Below are positions 48,050 to 60,119 of a stretch of DNA of 64,000 nucleotides, one piece after another (positions within the stretch are counted from its first letter, which is position 1; every line of letters begins with the position of its first letter). Made by a program: the position numbers and the translations under genes. The notes beneath the pieces were generated by a model. It searched no databases. It saw only the letters and a program-made list of their open reading frames with translations, and was not told the DNA's origin. This DNA is from Oopsacas minuta (taxonomy: Eukaryota; Animalia; Porifera): NCBI GenBank assembly GCA_024704765.1, contig JAKMXF010000088.1, forward strand, positions 801,029-865,028. The letters run 5' to 3'.

Positions 48050-49468
48050 TTAATACAAACACCCAGATACATTAGCAGAATGCTCCAGGCCTGTTAACCA
48101 ATGACTAGCCTCTGATAGCATTCTATCAGTCCTCAGAGGAAACTCGGTAGATATATCTGTAGTCTCTGCTGGATCTGAGGATAAGTTGAATAGATAGGAT
48201 CGTGTACTATCCCGATTATTGAATAGGAATACTGCTTTCATGTTATCCTCTAGCCAGGTAACCTTGAATCTTCCTGAGAAATCTCCTCTTACATTGTGAG
48301 CCCATCCTGTACCCCCTCGTGTCAGAATATCCCCTCTGATTAGTGGTAACACGGATACACCATCCACCTCTCTAACGAGATCAGCTGTTGAGTTTATAAC
48401 TTCTAAAATAGTGGGTAATATATCCGACGTCATAACTGGCTGTGTAATTTCGCGATTCTGTGTTATGACACGAGGCCACTCCAGCAGACCCGGGACTCTA
48501 ATCCCGCCCTCCCAGAGCTCACCCTTGTGTCCCTTCAAACCTCCAGCACTTCCAGGGGTCCCTTTAGCTGGCCCGTTGTCCGAAAGGAACCATAATATCG
48601 TGTCTGTCTCCATTCTCATCCGTCTGAGCAGTGACCGGATTAGTCCTACAGTTCTATCAAGAGTAGAAATAGCTCCGTAGTAGTCAGCCTCCTCAGGACT
48701 GTACCCCTGAGATTGGTACAGTTTCCGGAGAGTGTCAGATGCCACGTAGCGGGTATGTACGGCATGGAGAGGAACATATGCAAAGAAAGGACGCCGGGTT
48801 AGTCGAGCGGATAGAATAAACCGTTTGAGTTGATGGTATAAAAAGAGAGAGTCATCACTGGGAATAGGCCGGGGCCACGGGATAATAGTCCGGTTTATCC
48901 CGGCACTGGTCCAATAGTTTATGCAACTAGGGTCAGAATTATAATGTCCGTTATGACACAGAGCTTCAGGGAAACATCCGCAGTTGGGAGAGAGGGTGGG
49001 AGCAGACCGAGCTGTACACAGCCAGTCTCCAAACCCGCGGTGATCCGGGGGAGCTGCTCGGTCGCCGGAAAAGTCTCCGAGATGCCACTTTCCGAACACC
49101 GCGGTCCGGTAGCCTCTAGCCTGTAGAATGGAAGGTAGGATCGGCTCAGAGGCAGGGAGGGGGAGTAGCTGAGGGAGGGTCAGGTCTGGATTATTCCAAC
49201 CGGTATTAGCACCCCACATACAGAATCTATTAGGGTTCCTGCCTGTGAGCAGAGCTGCTCGGGACGGCGAGCAAACGGGAGACATAGCATACATGCGTGT
49301 GAGTTGGAGAGTCGTGTTAGCGCGGGACATTGCGTCTAAATGGGGAGTGTAAGCAGTACCCCCTTGGTACCCAGTGTCCCCCCAGCCTAGATCGTCCGCT
49401 AGCAGAACCAATATATTCGGTAGACATATTACAGCTGGCAGCAAACTAAATAGAATAATTATACACAT
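48050..49468 (-). CDS. Secreted formylglycine-dependent sulfatase (arylsulfatase family), intronless
   Basis: Signal peptide; LLADDLGWGD; CSPSRAALLTGR; GYRTAVFGKWHLG; LSDNG; KGELWEGGIRVP. Confidence 0.93.
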   Translation of the reverse strand: MCIIILFSLLPAVICLPNILVLLADDLGWGDTGYQGGTAYTPHLDAMSRANTTLQLTRMYAMSPVCSPSRAALLTGRNPNRFCMWGANTGWNNPDLTLPQLLPLPASEPILPSILQARGYRTAVFGKWHLGDFSGDRAAPPDHRGFGDWLCTARSAPTLSPNCGCFPEALCHNGHYNSDPSCINYWTSAGINRTIIPWPRPIPSDDSLFLYHQLKRFILSARLTRRPFFAYVPLHAVHTRYVASDTLRKLYQSQGYSPEEADYYGAISTLDRTVGLIRSLLRRMRMETDTILWFLSDNGPAKGTPGSAGGLKGHKGELWEGGIRVPGLLEWPRVITQNREITQPVMTSDILPTILEVINSTADLVREVDGVSVLPLIRGDILTRGGTGWAHNVRGDFSGRFKVTWLEDNMKAVFLFNNRDSTRSYLFNLSSDPAETTDISTEFPLRTDRMLSEASHWLTGLEHSANVSGCLY

Positions 49469-49709
49469 TTGATTGGTAGTTACTAGCTACTATTACTATA
49501 TATAGAACAGGCGGGCTTCTGAAGCCTGGGTGCACATATACTTCTCTATAGATTGGGTTGCTAGGACTGAATATAGTGCAAAACTATTGAGTATTGAATT
49601 TATTAGAAAACACAGTAAGTTACGTTTCCACACTTTTAATAAATATATTTTAGCGGCTAAAATATTTAAAATACACAATAATATAAAATTTGATTTGTAA
49701 CGAATAAGA

Positions 49710-51045
49710 CTATGCGAAGCTCATAGATTTGAGATGTTCCTGGATTAGCATGTCAGCAACAACCTATAACAACAACAAATAAACACAGCTGATCATATAA
49801 ACAACAAGACAAATACCCTTAGAATAAACTTCATCTGTTCAGTAGAGGTAGCAGTAGTCCTGTGGTAGAATAGGTCCCTCTCTCTAGAGTAGCGGACAGA
49901 GTCAAAGAGAGATACGATAAATACCTGAACCGCATTCAGGTCGTGAGGGTCATCTTCGAAGTTAGGAAAATAATCCGTAATTAGAGTAGTCTTTATCTTT
50001 TCCTATAAATTTGAATGAATTAGTTGTAAATAAATAAATAACAACCAAGAATTTACCTCTAATAAATCAGTTTTGTTGAGGAATAGAATAATAGAAACAT
50101 TTTTGAAACATCGATTGTTGACAATTGTTTCAAATATATTCACAGATTCTACCAATCTGTTAGTTACTCTATCCTCTAACAGATTCTGATCAAATGCTGA
50201 GGAGGCTACCAAATACAAAATAGCGTCCACATTATCGAAACATTGAAACCATTTCTGTCTCTGAGACCGTTGACCCCCCACGTCTACGATCCTGAAGCTC
50301 TGCTCCTTCACTGCCATGTTATACTCCACGATTCCCCGGGTAGCTTTACGAGCGTGTACGATGTCATCATTAGACGGCAAATAATCCTAAACAAATAATA
50401 ATAATATTTTGCGATACAATCGTATTAAAACTCACCAAAACCCCAACATCTGTCAGTCTGTCACAGAAGTATTGCACTGAGTCTCCCTAAACAATAATAA
50501 TAATAATAATAATAAATCCTAATACAAATAGATGTAGTATAACTCACAATCTGAAACTCCCTGCGTCTGGCAAATGTTCCTTGAATAGCATCGTCCTCCC
50601 AAAGAGAAATGAGAGGAGTGACGTAATGCAAGAACTGCTCGGGCTCCATGTCATTAGCTCTGTAACCAGATATCATCTGAGCATTGCGCTCGTTCTCTGG
50701 GTTTTCCAATTCTAGTCCCATTCTTCTCCTCGCCTCAATCAGGATCTTCATTCCCTATACATAAGATATAAACATAATCTGATACCATATATGGATATAA
50801 CATACCTTTAGAATATTGTGATAAACCACAGGTCTGAAGTCTTGCTTGTCAGAAGTGGAATAGCCACCTCCGTGCAGGATCCGCATCTGTTTGAGTACTG
50901 TACTCTTGCCAGACTCTCCAGCTCCGAGTAACAGAATCTTGATACTGTTCTGCACCAGCTGTTTCTCTCTACGCAGGTTCCGGTCAATAGCCTTGCTGTG
51001 GGCCCGAGCCTCTCTCTCCTCAGCAGACAGGAAACATAGCGCCAT
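49710..51045 (-). CDS. GNA12/13: Heterotrimeric G protein alpha, G12/13 class; multi-exon
   Basis: [41 protein letters not shown] and ILFLNKTD. Last exon [17 protein letters not shown] ending at 49710. Confidence 0.9.
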
Positions 51046-51143
51046 AACTTACTAGCTAGCAAATAATCGTAAGCAATAAATCATTTAATCGCAAGAAATA
51101 CTTTAGTAAGAAACACAAATGATAAATGTAATAATTGGAAATT

Positions 51144-54100
51144 TCAAAGCTTTCTGCGCTTAGAACTGAATTCACTGTTTCCTGATTGGTTGAATGTGGT
51201 TTTGAAAGGAGGTGTTTCCTTGGTTACGGAGGGGCAAGATCGGAATGGTGAAAATTTGGAAGTAGTTCCATTACTGATCTGAGCACCGGAAGTAACACCT
51301 AAAGTTCATGAGGTATAAAGTAGTAAATATAAAAAAGAATATTTTAGCTCACCAGTCGTGACCTCTGAACTTCCCTGCGGTTCCTCTGGAGCTTTACAGT
51401 AGTTGAATTTGAGGTCTGAGTTCATTCTACAGAACCAGAATTTCGGGATTGGTTTGTTATGGTCCCAGGATTTGACTCTGCGCCACTTCTGGCAGTGATT
51501 GCATTGTAGCCAGAATGATTCGTCATCAGTCCTTACTCGTGTGGGCAGAGGAGTAACCTATTTACACAAATAAGAACCGTAACCAATTACATACATTATA
51601 GCACCCACTTTAACGTCAGGATTAACAAAATTCCAATAATAGTGCTCCACTATTTCAGCTAGATGTCTCTCTAAAGTCACAAAGTGTTGAGAATTCTGGT
51701 TGAAGTCTTGCTTGGTGTTAAGTACTGGCAGACTTTTGGAGTCTATGACACCCACGACTCCATTAGCTAGATCTAAATTCTTTGTTTGTATTCCCACACG
51801 ATGATAAGACAGTATCAGTCTATACAAACGTGATTACGTCATCAGGAATATTTGTTATAACATACATACTACCTATTTCTGTAGTATAGCAGGAACCCGC
51901 CAAGAGCTCGATCTTTGTCTTCCTTACTGAACCCCACATATGCCACATACTTCTCTACTTCAGGTGGCTTGTCAGCTGGAGCGGAATGACTACCGAAAGG
52001 ATCGCTGCGACCTGGCGACTCGATTGAGAAAGTCTTCCTTTTCTGATTTTGCATTCTCTCCAGTACTGACCTGTAAGGAAAAGTACAACAAAACTGTAAA
52101 GTATTTCTTATCTTAAATACTCACGTATCACTAACTGCGCATCCTCTGATTACTATCTTGAGGGGAGGATTGAGGAATAACATCGAGCAGTATGTCTTGA
52201 GGGAGTAGTCAGGGGGGATGTCAGTAGCTATGTGACGTCTGGAATTCCTGAGGAAGGGGGCGGGAGGGACAGAACGAATGGGACCTGTCTGAGGAGCGGA
52301 TATACGAATGTCGTCCTGGTCTGTAGTGAAGTCGAGTTGCTGATCGTCCCGATGTAAATCGAAGATGAGAACAATCGTCCCTGAGGGGCTGAGTGACTTC
52401 AGAAGTTGGAACTCAGAACCAATCGCAATCGGATTGATTCCTGCAAATAAACATAAATACCTACACATTAGTGAGAAGAAGTTACAGACCTGTGTGTATC
52501 GTGACGTCATGGAGAGCATTCTCTACGTCTTGTGGAGAATTATAGAGAGGATGGAAAGACTCTGAGTGAAAGGACAGAACGGGTACGGACACAGAGTTCC
52601 TCCCCCTGTTATAAGGGAGGGACAAGAAACCGAGGGAGAAGGTTTGCTCCTTACGACTGTGTGAGAGCACCAAAGCACTCTGACCTGAAAGGTAATAAAT
52701 CAATCCTAACTACAAAGTACAAACATACGAACTAACCAAGTCTCATGACAGAGCTTTTAAACCCAACACCATACTGTCCAATGCGTTGTGTGGCATTCTG
52801 TGGAACTTCAGTGAAATCGTGACCGAACTCCATCATAGCTTGCATCTCGTTATGAGTCATCCCCTAAACTCAAAACTGGTAATAAAACTTATCGGAAGAC
52901 AGGAAGACAGCATTGCTAACCTGTCCGTTATCCTGAATGAACAGAGCAGGGCCAGGGTGAGCCTCAGAACAGAAATGATGTGTAATTCCTATTTCCACAT
53001 TGGAAGCTGCGGCGTCCACAGAATTGTCAATAAGTTCTGCAATCGCACCAAATACCCAAGCCGAATGCCGATCAGCCATCGACACTAAAAGAGAGTATTT
53101 GAACGCTGGTCTGTCGAACTGGTCAATGGCCCGATGCTCTCGAGCAGTGTCCGGCGTCAGAGGGGAGGCAGGGGGTGTGGTCAGCATATCTAGAGCTTAA
53201 GAAGGATTTGGAATAAATCTAGATTGGGAGACAGCGAGTATGTACTATGTACCTGTGTTCTTTGAGGGCAAAAGTGATGTCTTCAAGTCTACAATACAAG
53301 ATCCAGCGGTAACTTTAGAAATAGTCCAATCTCCTCCTGGACTAGTAGGTTCAGGCAGCAGGGACTTAGCTAGAGAAGAAATGTGAGAACCGTTCTGAGC
53401 GATGCTATCCAGTGGTCCAGTAGGATTCTATAAAATCTCAGATAATTCTGTGACATATAAAACAATAATAATGGCTCACATTTGACACAGAGCTTCTCAC
53501 TGTAGATCCATTCTCACTGACTGAATTATGCTAAATAGAGCAATCGAATAAAGTTTCAATAAACTCATTGTTTGTGTTCTAACCTGGGAATGGGTTGTAG
53601 TGGAATCAGAATTTCGTCTTTTTGCATCGGAATCTGACGAGTGGCGCTGCAAAACAAATTTCAATGAACACTTAGATCAATCAATTCCAGAGAAATGACA
53701 TTCCAATACCTTAGAAGAAAGCTGACGCATGGGTCTATCTAGGAAAGAAGGCACTTTACGGAATTTTAGTTTCAATATTGTAAACCCGCTATCGTCTGTT
53801 GCGTCAGAAGGACTCAAATAAACACTTTTGGATTCCATTTGACTACGTCCTGCCTAACAAATCAATCATATAAGAACAAGTTCTTACAACCAGGAGATTC
53901 AATCTCAGAAATCTAATAGTTTGTAGAGATAGAATATAAGACTCACGTATCCTTTATTCCTTAGAAATGTAACCATCTTTCTGAAATCATCGACATCACG
54001 CGATTGCATGGAATGGTTCGATAGGATTACGGGCATAACTCCTTCCCAATGTCCATTGAGTTCTCTCACACGCACATATTGTGATAATTCTAGCTCTACC

Positions 54101-54454
54101 GGAGATATCCTATGGAAATAATTGGATATCCACAAGCCAAAGGCAAACTCCTACAATCTCCTATCTTTTGTCTGCAAACAATCCAATTACATATAACTCA
54201 TACTGATTATTGAGTTGTACATAATTCCATTCATTATTCCTCTTGAAATATTAAAACTTACCTGAATGGACCTGAGAACGATTTACTGGCAGAATTGGTA
54301 GTAACAGATAAAGTTAGAACTTTGTTTTGGAGATATAATTTCAATTAACTTACCTCTCTTCTATTGTTCCGCGTGAAACGAGAGTGAAAGAGAGTTCTTC
54401 ATGCTCTGCGGGGTTCAAACTCTTAGCGTGAATCCTAACAACAACACGGTCCAT
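51144..54454 (-). CDS. MORC: MORC-family GHKL ATPase with S5 domain and CW zinc finger, plus an N-terminal extension of roughly 300 aa
   Basis: FGAIAELIDNSVDA, IQDNG, IGQYGVGFKSSVMRLG, GVVGVID..NTKQDF, and CW finger WLQCNHCQKWR..WFCRMNSD..CKAPEE. The upstream exon (~53427-53253) splices in frame to the track ORF at 53187. Exons further 5' are only partly resolved. Confidence 0.85.
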
Positions 54455-54684
54455 AAATATGTGAGGAAATGCCAATAATGTAGTAGGAAGATTCAGTTTC
54501 ATCTAGTTCAATAGGCAAATAAAGATCAGATTGTGGTTGGACAAGAAATGGAATAGTCTATCGTATTTGTTTCCTGAATTTCTATGTATTTACATTTCTT
54601 CTGTGATTATAAACACACCATAATAACATTACTATTATTCGCAGTATGAACAATTCTACGTAATCGCCGCGTGAACATGACCAA

Positions 54685-55575
54685 ATGAATTCTATTCTCC
54701 GATTCATTATCAACGCAACTTTCTTGCTTTTGAGTTTTCTTCTAATAATATTGGGCATTGCCTCACTAGGCGTAGCAGCGTGGCAGTGGGCCTCGGTTGT
54801 ATCAGATGACGTTACAGTGGGTAATCTATTAGCTAACCATGCTCGTTACACACGGACTTTAATAGCTCTCTTTCTTATATTTGGTGGATGTCTGGCGCTT
54901 GTGGGGTTAGCTGGGGTAGTGGTAGGATCTCTGTTGTTAGCTAACAGACTAAAAGGCACAGCTGGTGAGTAATATAATCTATATTATCATCAAGCACTAA
55001 TTATTTGTGTTATTTGTTAGTGTTATTCCTGGCTGTATTCTGTCTGTCCAGCTGTTTCATGGTGACAGCGTATATCATCATGACAACATTCCTTTGGAGC
55101 GATTATACTCTGGTAACACCTCTTGTATTCGATGAGTTGATGACTAGACTGTCAGGAACAGTATATTTTGATAACAGCTTTCAGGTTAGTTACACAATTC
55201 AATCCAGGAATTCGTTAGATTCAAATAATTCTCATTTAGTTTGGTTCTTATTGGGACGCATGGCAGCTGGAGAATCGTTGCTGTGGAATAAACAATTCAA
55301 CAGAGTTTAATAACTCTTTAGCTGCTATAAACTCAAACTCTCCTGTCAATTGGCTGCCCAACAGCTGTTGCTGGAACCAAACGCTAGCCCTAGGCTCATG
55401 TAAGTGGACAGATCCCTCCTACTTTGCTACTCCCTGTCGTTTCTCTCTTTACACAGCTCTCACTGATTTCTACTGGTCACAGCTGGGGGTAATGATAGCT
55501 ATTTGGGGCACTTATTTTATCCTCTTGCCTGTGACTTTAGCTGCCTGGCGTCTCGTTTGGATTCCCCGCGAGTAA
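54685..55575 (+). CDS. Tetraspanin 1 of cluster
   Basis: Four TM segments; large loop NRCCG..WLPNSCC..C..C; stop at 55575. Confidence 0.88.
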
Positions 55576-55662
55576 CTAACTTTATCACTCTTTTTATTTC
55601 ATATTTCATATTTTATTTATTTGTATAATATCTCTTCACTCATTTAACGATATAAATTAGCA

Positions 55663-56580
55663 ATGAAAGTACGGAGGTCTGATGTACTCAAATACACACT
55701 AGCCTCGCTACTGATTGGAATATACGGGCTGGGATTTCTGCTCGGAATTACTCTCGTCTCTCTGTCCTCATGGCAATACGCTGGTTATGCTAACAACCCT
55801 AATTTCTACGTAACTGTTTACGGACCTGACATACAGTTAGTACTAATCCTGCTGCTTACTAGTGGAGTACTGCTGACAGTTATTTCAGTGCTCGGGATTC
55901 TAACGGGCGTTCTTTTCCTATTCGTACAACCAAGAAGAGGCAAACTACTACTGACTCTACTAGCCACTAGCCTAGTGCTGTGCCTTACTATGGAGGTTAT
56001 AGCTGTTACTGTACAGGTTGAGCAGTGGGAGGAACAATCTGTAGTGCTTGCAGGTATACTGGAGACTATGACTAAGAGCTCTAACTTCGCTACAAATGAT
56101 TGGGTGAGTTTACTTATACAAATATTACATGTTTTATTTAGTCAATAATCTTACAAATGTATTCAGTTTGGAGATCAGCTGACTTGGTTCCAGGACACGT
56201 TTGGGTGTTGTGGCTATATTAATGGAGCTGATTATTTCAATGGAACAGCTGCTATATACGCTAGAGAGCTCGCTTTTAACAAATCAATAACCCCTCTACC
56301 CTCTTTATCAACTTGGCGGCCTCGTAGTTGTTGTGACGATTTCACTGTCCGATTCTACGAGTGTACAGAGTTTGTAGCTTCTTATAATGGGAGGGATATT
56401 ATCCCAGAGGAGGGATGCGGAACTTTATGGTACAATTATCTTGCCAATGTCCAGTGGGCTTTGGTAGGCGTATCTGTATCAGCTGGGATATATCAGATAG
56501 TTGCTGCACAGATTCCTATCTGGGTGATATTAGCTCAGCTGTACTATTCTATGAAAGAGAAAAATTTTGAGAAAGAATAG
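55663..56580 (+). CDS. Tetraspanin 2 of cluster
   Basis: TM segments; last exon FGCCG..WRPRSCC..C..GC; stop at 56580. Confidence 0.88.
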
Positions 56581-56715
56581 ACAATCAATTACTTATCAAT
56601 TTATTTATTTTCTATTTTCTAATCTTTTCGCTTATTTACTTTTATTTTATTATTTATTATTAAACCTTTTAATATTTATTAATTTAATTATTCGCTTAAT
56701 TAGTTTTGTAAATAA

Positions 56716-59075
56716 ATGGCGACTGAATCGCCCGATCAAGAGATTCCTATAATGCCACGTCGTAGCTCTTTGCCTGATTCAGAAATTCAGAATTCTCCAG
56801 AGACTGTTTCTGATAACAATAGATTAGATGTACGATTAAATTCTGCTACAATTACTCGTCCTGAAAAACCTACATTATCAATTCCCAGTAAGTCATAGCT
56901 GTTTTGTTAATACAATGATTTGTATCTTTTGATGAATTGTGTAGGAAAAAGATTTTGGTCATTTCGTAGACCAGCAACTCTTCGACCAGAATTTAACCCC
57001 AAGACCCTAGCGGACTTCCGAGTGACGGATTGGGACCCTACAAGCCTTCTAATGGAACTCTACAAAACTCAGAACTCTCACTTCCATAGGCCTCGCCTTA
57101 GAAAGGAAGGAATGCTCGAAACGCTCAATCTCGGACAGACCCGTCCCGGATTCTTCCGTCGCTACAAAACCAAATATTTGTTCGTATGCGACAGTACTCT
57201 TACTTGCTTCCAAGCTCAGCCAGTCAATGTCAACTATTCTAAGCCTAAGATTAAGGTTATTAATAGTTATTCCTCAAATTAGCTAACAAATAAATTCGAT
57301 TTTGCTTAGGTTTTACTGCCAGCTAAAGACTCAGAGGCAGATACTGGGGCCGGTGAGACTGAAAACGATCCCTCAAATGATTTGATGAATAGTGTCAGGT
57401 GGCAGGAAGGCAGTTCTGTAGTTAAGGTGAGTTTAAGTTTTAGCACCTAACATATGTTATTTATATTATTATTTCATGATTAGGTAAGGGATAGACAGTC
57501 TAACAAATGGTTTACTTGTCGTGCTACTAGTGACGAAGAAGCTGGAGAGTGGTTCGACACTATTCGACAAGAAATATATAATCCTAGTTTTGTCAAAAAC
57601 CAAATGACTCTCCACTTCGAGACTCATCCAGAAGAGATGGCAGATCTAGTAATGATTGTAGGATCAAGCTCAGTCCGTGCAGGTTTACCATTTAATTAAT
57701 TAATTCTCCTCCGAATAAGTTTAATAATTTGCTTTAGGATTCTCACAACATCAAGAGGGTGGTCCTCTGATTTATTTCCCCTCTGTTGTCTTACACACGG
57801 AAGAGGCTGAGGTCAGTAATGAATTTTCTTGGGGGTTTGAGGCCGTACATCCGTCTGCTCGCAATAAAGCCAGATCTCTCCTCAAAGAGGGTTTTCGCTA
57901 CTCACAGGATCTGCAGCAGAACGTATTCAGACCTCTTCACCTCAGCTCCTTGCTATACTATGTGCTGTGTGACTTAATGAGGCTTAGAGATATGCACAGA
58001 ATAAGGTTATAACACTATATGCTGTGTACTATACTATTATGCTATGTAATTGTATTAGATTATTGTTATCACTGCCTCATGTATGGAAGGGTTACACAGA
58101 AGATGTATGTCACGTTATCCTGGGAGAACTTAACTTGGGAGCTCTAGCACTTGTGCCCGGCAATATTCTATCTCTCTACCACGATTCTACATCTTTAACA
58201 GGTAACCAAATCTCTAGCTAGTTAGACGTATTTATACTACATTCCTCCTGTAGCGCTGGTTGTTAGGCTGGGTGGAGGAATGGAGATAATCCCGATTGTA
58301 GACGGAGTTGTGCTCGAATCAGCGGCTCAGAGGAACCCAGAATTAGGAGGCCATCTGATAGACACAATGCTAAGAGATTTGCTAGCTAAACTCAATATAC
58401 GGACCTCTTCTACTGTCGAATCGTTCTTGTGGCGTTTAGTAAAGGAGAGATATGCCTTTGTATCCCTGGATCCAGAACAGGACCTTATCAGAGCTGAGCA
58501 AGAGCCTGAAAGGTTTGTGCTGTGTTTATTTTGATGGTATTTCTTATTGTTTTGTTTATAGTTTGGAAAGATTCGTCGATTTATCAGAGTTTAATCCTCC
58601 AAATAATTTACACAGCAAATTCTGCTTGGTTGCGGAGCGTTTCCAGTGCGCTGAAGCACTCTTCAACCCCGGACTATGTGGCAAAGATTTCCCTTCTGTC
58701 CCGCAGTACATTGCACAAGTCCTGGACAGAGTAGACATAGATCTGAGAAGAGATCTTGCCAAGAGGATATTGTTAGTAGGAGGAACATCTCTGCTACCCC
58801 AGCTCCCGGAGAGACTGCACAAAGAAGTATCACTTATACTCTCACAACAGGGGTAATAAGTATTAATATACTTATCATTGATTTAGTTATTAAATATATT
58901 TATTTTTAGAGAACGGCGAGGCTTCCAGTTAAGTATCAACACCATGACAGACAGAGAGCACGCAGCATACCTCGGAGGTTGTCAGCTGCTCCGAGATGAA
59001 ACCTACGAACCAATTCTGAGCAAAGAATGGATTCATCTGTCAGAATGGCAGAGGGACCAGGAAATACACGTTTGA
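56716..59075 (+). CDS. PH domain fused to a divergent actin-fold domain; multi-exon
   Basis: PH start RKEGMLE..FRRYKTKYLFVCDSTLTCF and end WFTCRATSDEEAGEWFDTIRQE. Actin motifs LVMIVGSSSVRAGF..YFPSVV, IIPIVDG, GGHLIDTML, VKERYAFV, ERFQCAEALFNP, DIDLRRDLAKRILLVGGTSLLP and REHAAYLGG. Confidence 0.85.
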
Positions 59076-59214
59076 TATTCAAATACGTTTATGTTTTATG
59101 TAGTGTAAATAGATAACAATTTTAGTAACACAAGTCGTATGTATTATTTTATTGATATAAATAGAAAACAAAGAATAAATAGTTTTTGAGTAAAATCTAA
59201 GTAATTATTGGTTT

Positions 59215-60119
59215 CTACTCCTTTTCGGATTTGGGGCCGGAGCAATGAACTAGTCCGATCAGGGAGAAGGAGATTATGAGCACCACACCCTCGATTAGGG
59301 CGGCGGAAATTGATATTCCGATATAGGTCCAAGAGTACCGACTGTAGGAAGCCAGGAAACTATCATCACATCCGACCAAATAGTAGGAACTATGACCTGC
59401 ACTGCAAGTCTCATTACCAACCAGATTTCCGCAACAACTCATGGGCCTCCAACTAGAGTCGCCTAGCCTCACAGCCATAGTACTCGTGTTATAAGCACTA
59501 CCATCCGTCCATCCGCAGCATTCGTTATCGTTTTGCCATTGGAAGAAGAACTCTATTCTCTAAATAAGCATAGTAAATAAATGAATATATCAAATAGATA
59601 TAATGACTGTAACTCACAGACATATTCAGGTACATGTCAGAAATAAGAAGAGAATTGAATTCTGCTTCAATAGTAGCATTGACATCATCCTTAATAGCAA
59701 AGAATTGCGAGAAATCGAGACTTACTGCAATCACTTCCAGAGTATACAAGGCGAATATGATAGCAGCGTAGAGCAGGAGGAGAGCAGCTAAATAAGAAAT
59801 AAATAAGAAATATATAATAATGTTTATTAGTAATATGTTTACCTGCTAAGCATCTGAGACGGTTAATAAGGGAAAACACTCCAGCGAGGATACCAAGGAT
59901 GGAGAGGAGTATCAGAGCAGCACCAGAAGCCATGAAGAAGATGAGCACTTCGTAAATGTCACGTCCATAGATAACTTCGTATAGACCTGGGGTTCTAACG
60001 TACTGGGCAAACGCCGCAGCTCCAAGGGACATCAGGACAGCTCCTACTGCGAATCCTAGCGCGTTGAGCACGATGAGCAGAATGCTCAGAAAATATCTCA
60101 GGGTATCATTCAAACCCAT
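59215..60119 (-). CDS. Tetraspanin 3 (convergent)
   Basis: TM1-2 in ORF 59691-60119; loop NECCG..WRPMSCC..C..GC; TM4. Confidence 0.86.

Noticed and set aside
3958-58822. Many track ORFs antisense or off-frame to real genes (for example 3958, 7749, 7847, 10071, 12775, 26219, 28395, 38395, 40514, 41817, 48411, 53000, 58556)
   Set aside because: They are shadows of coding exons or of Thr-rich repeats and have no independent motifs.
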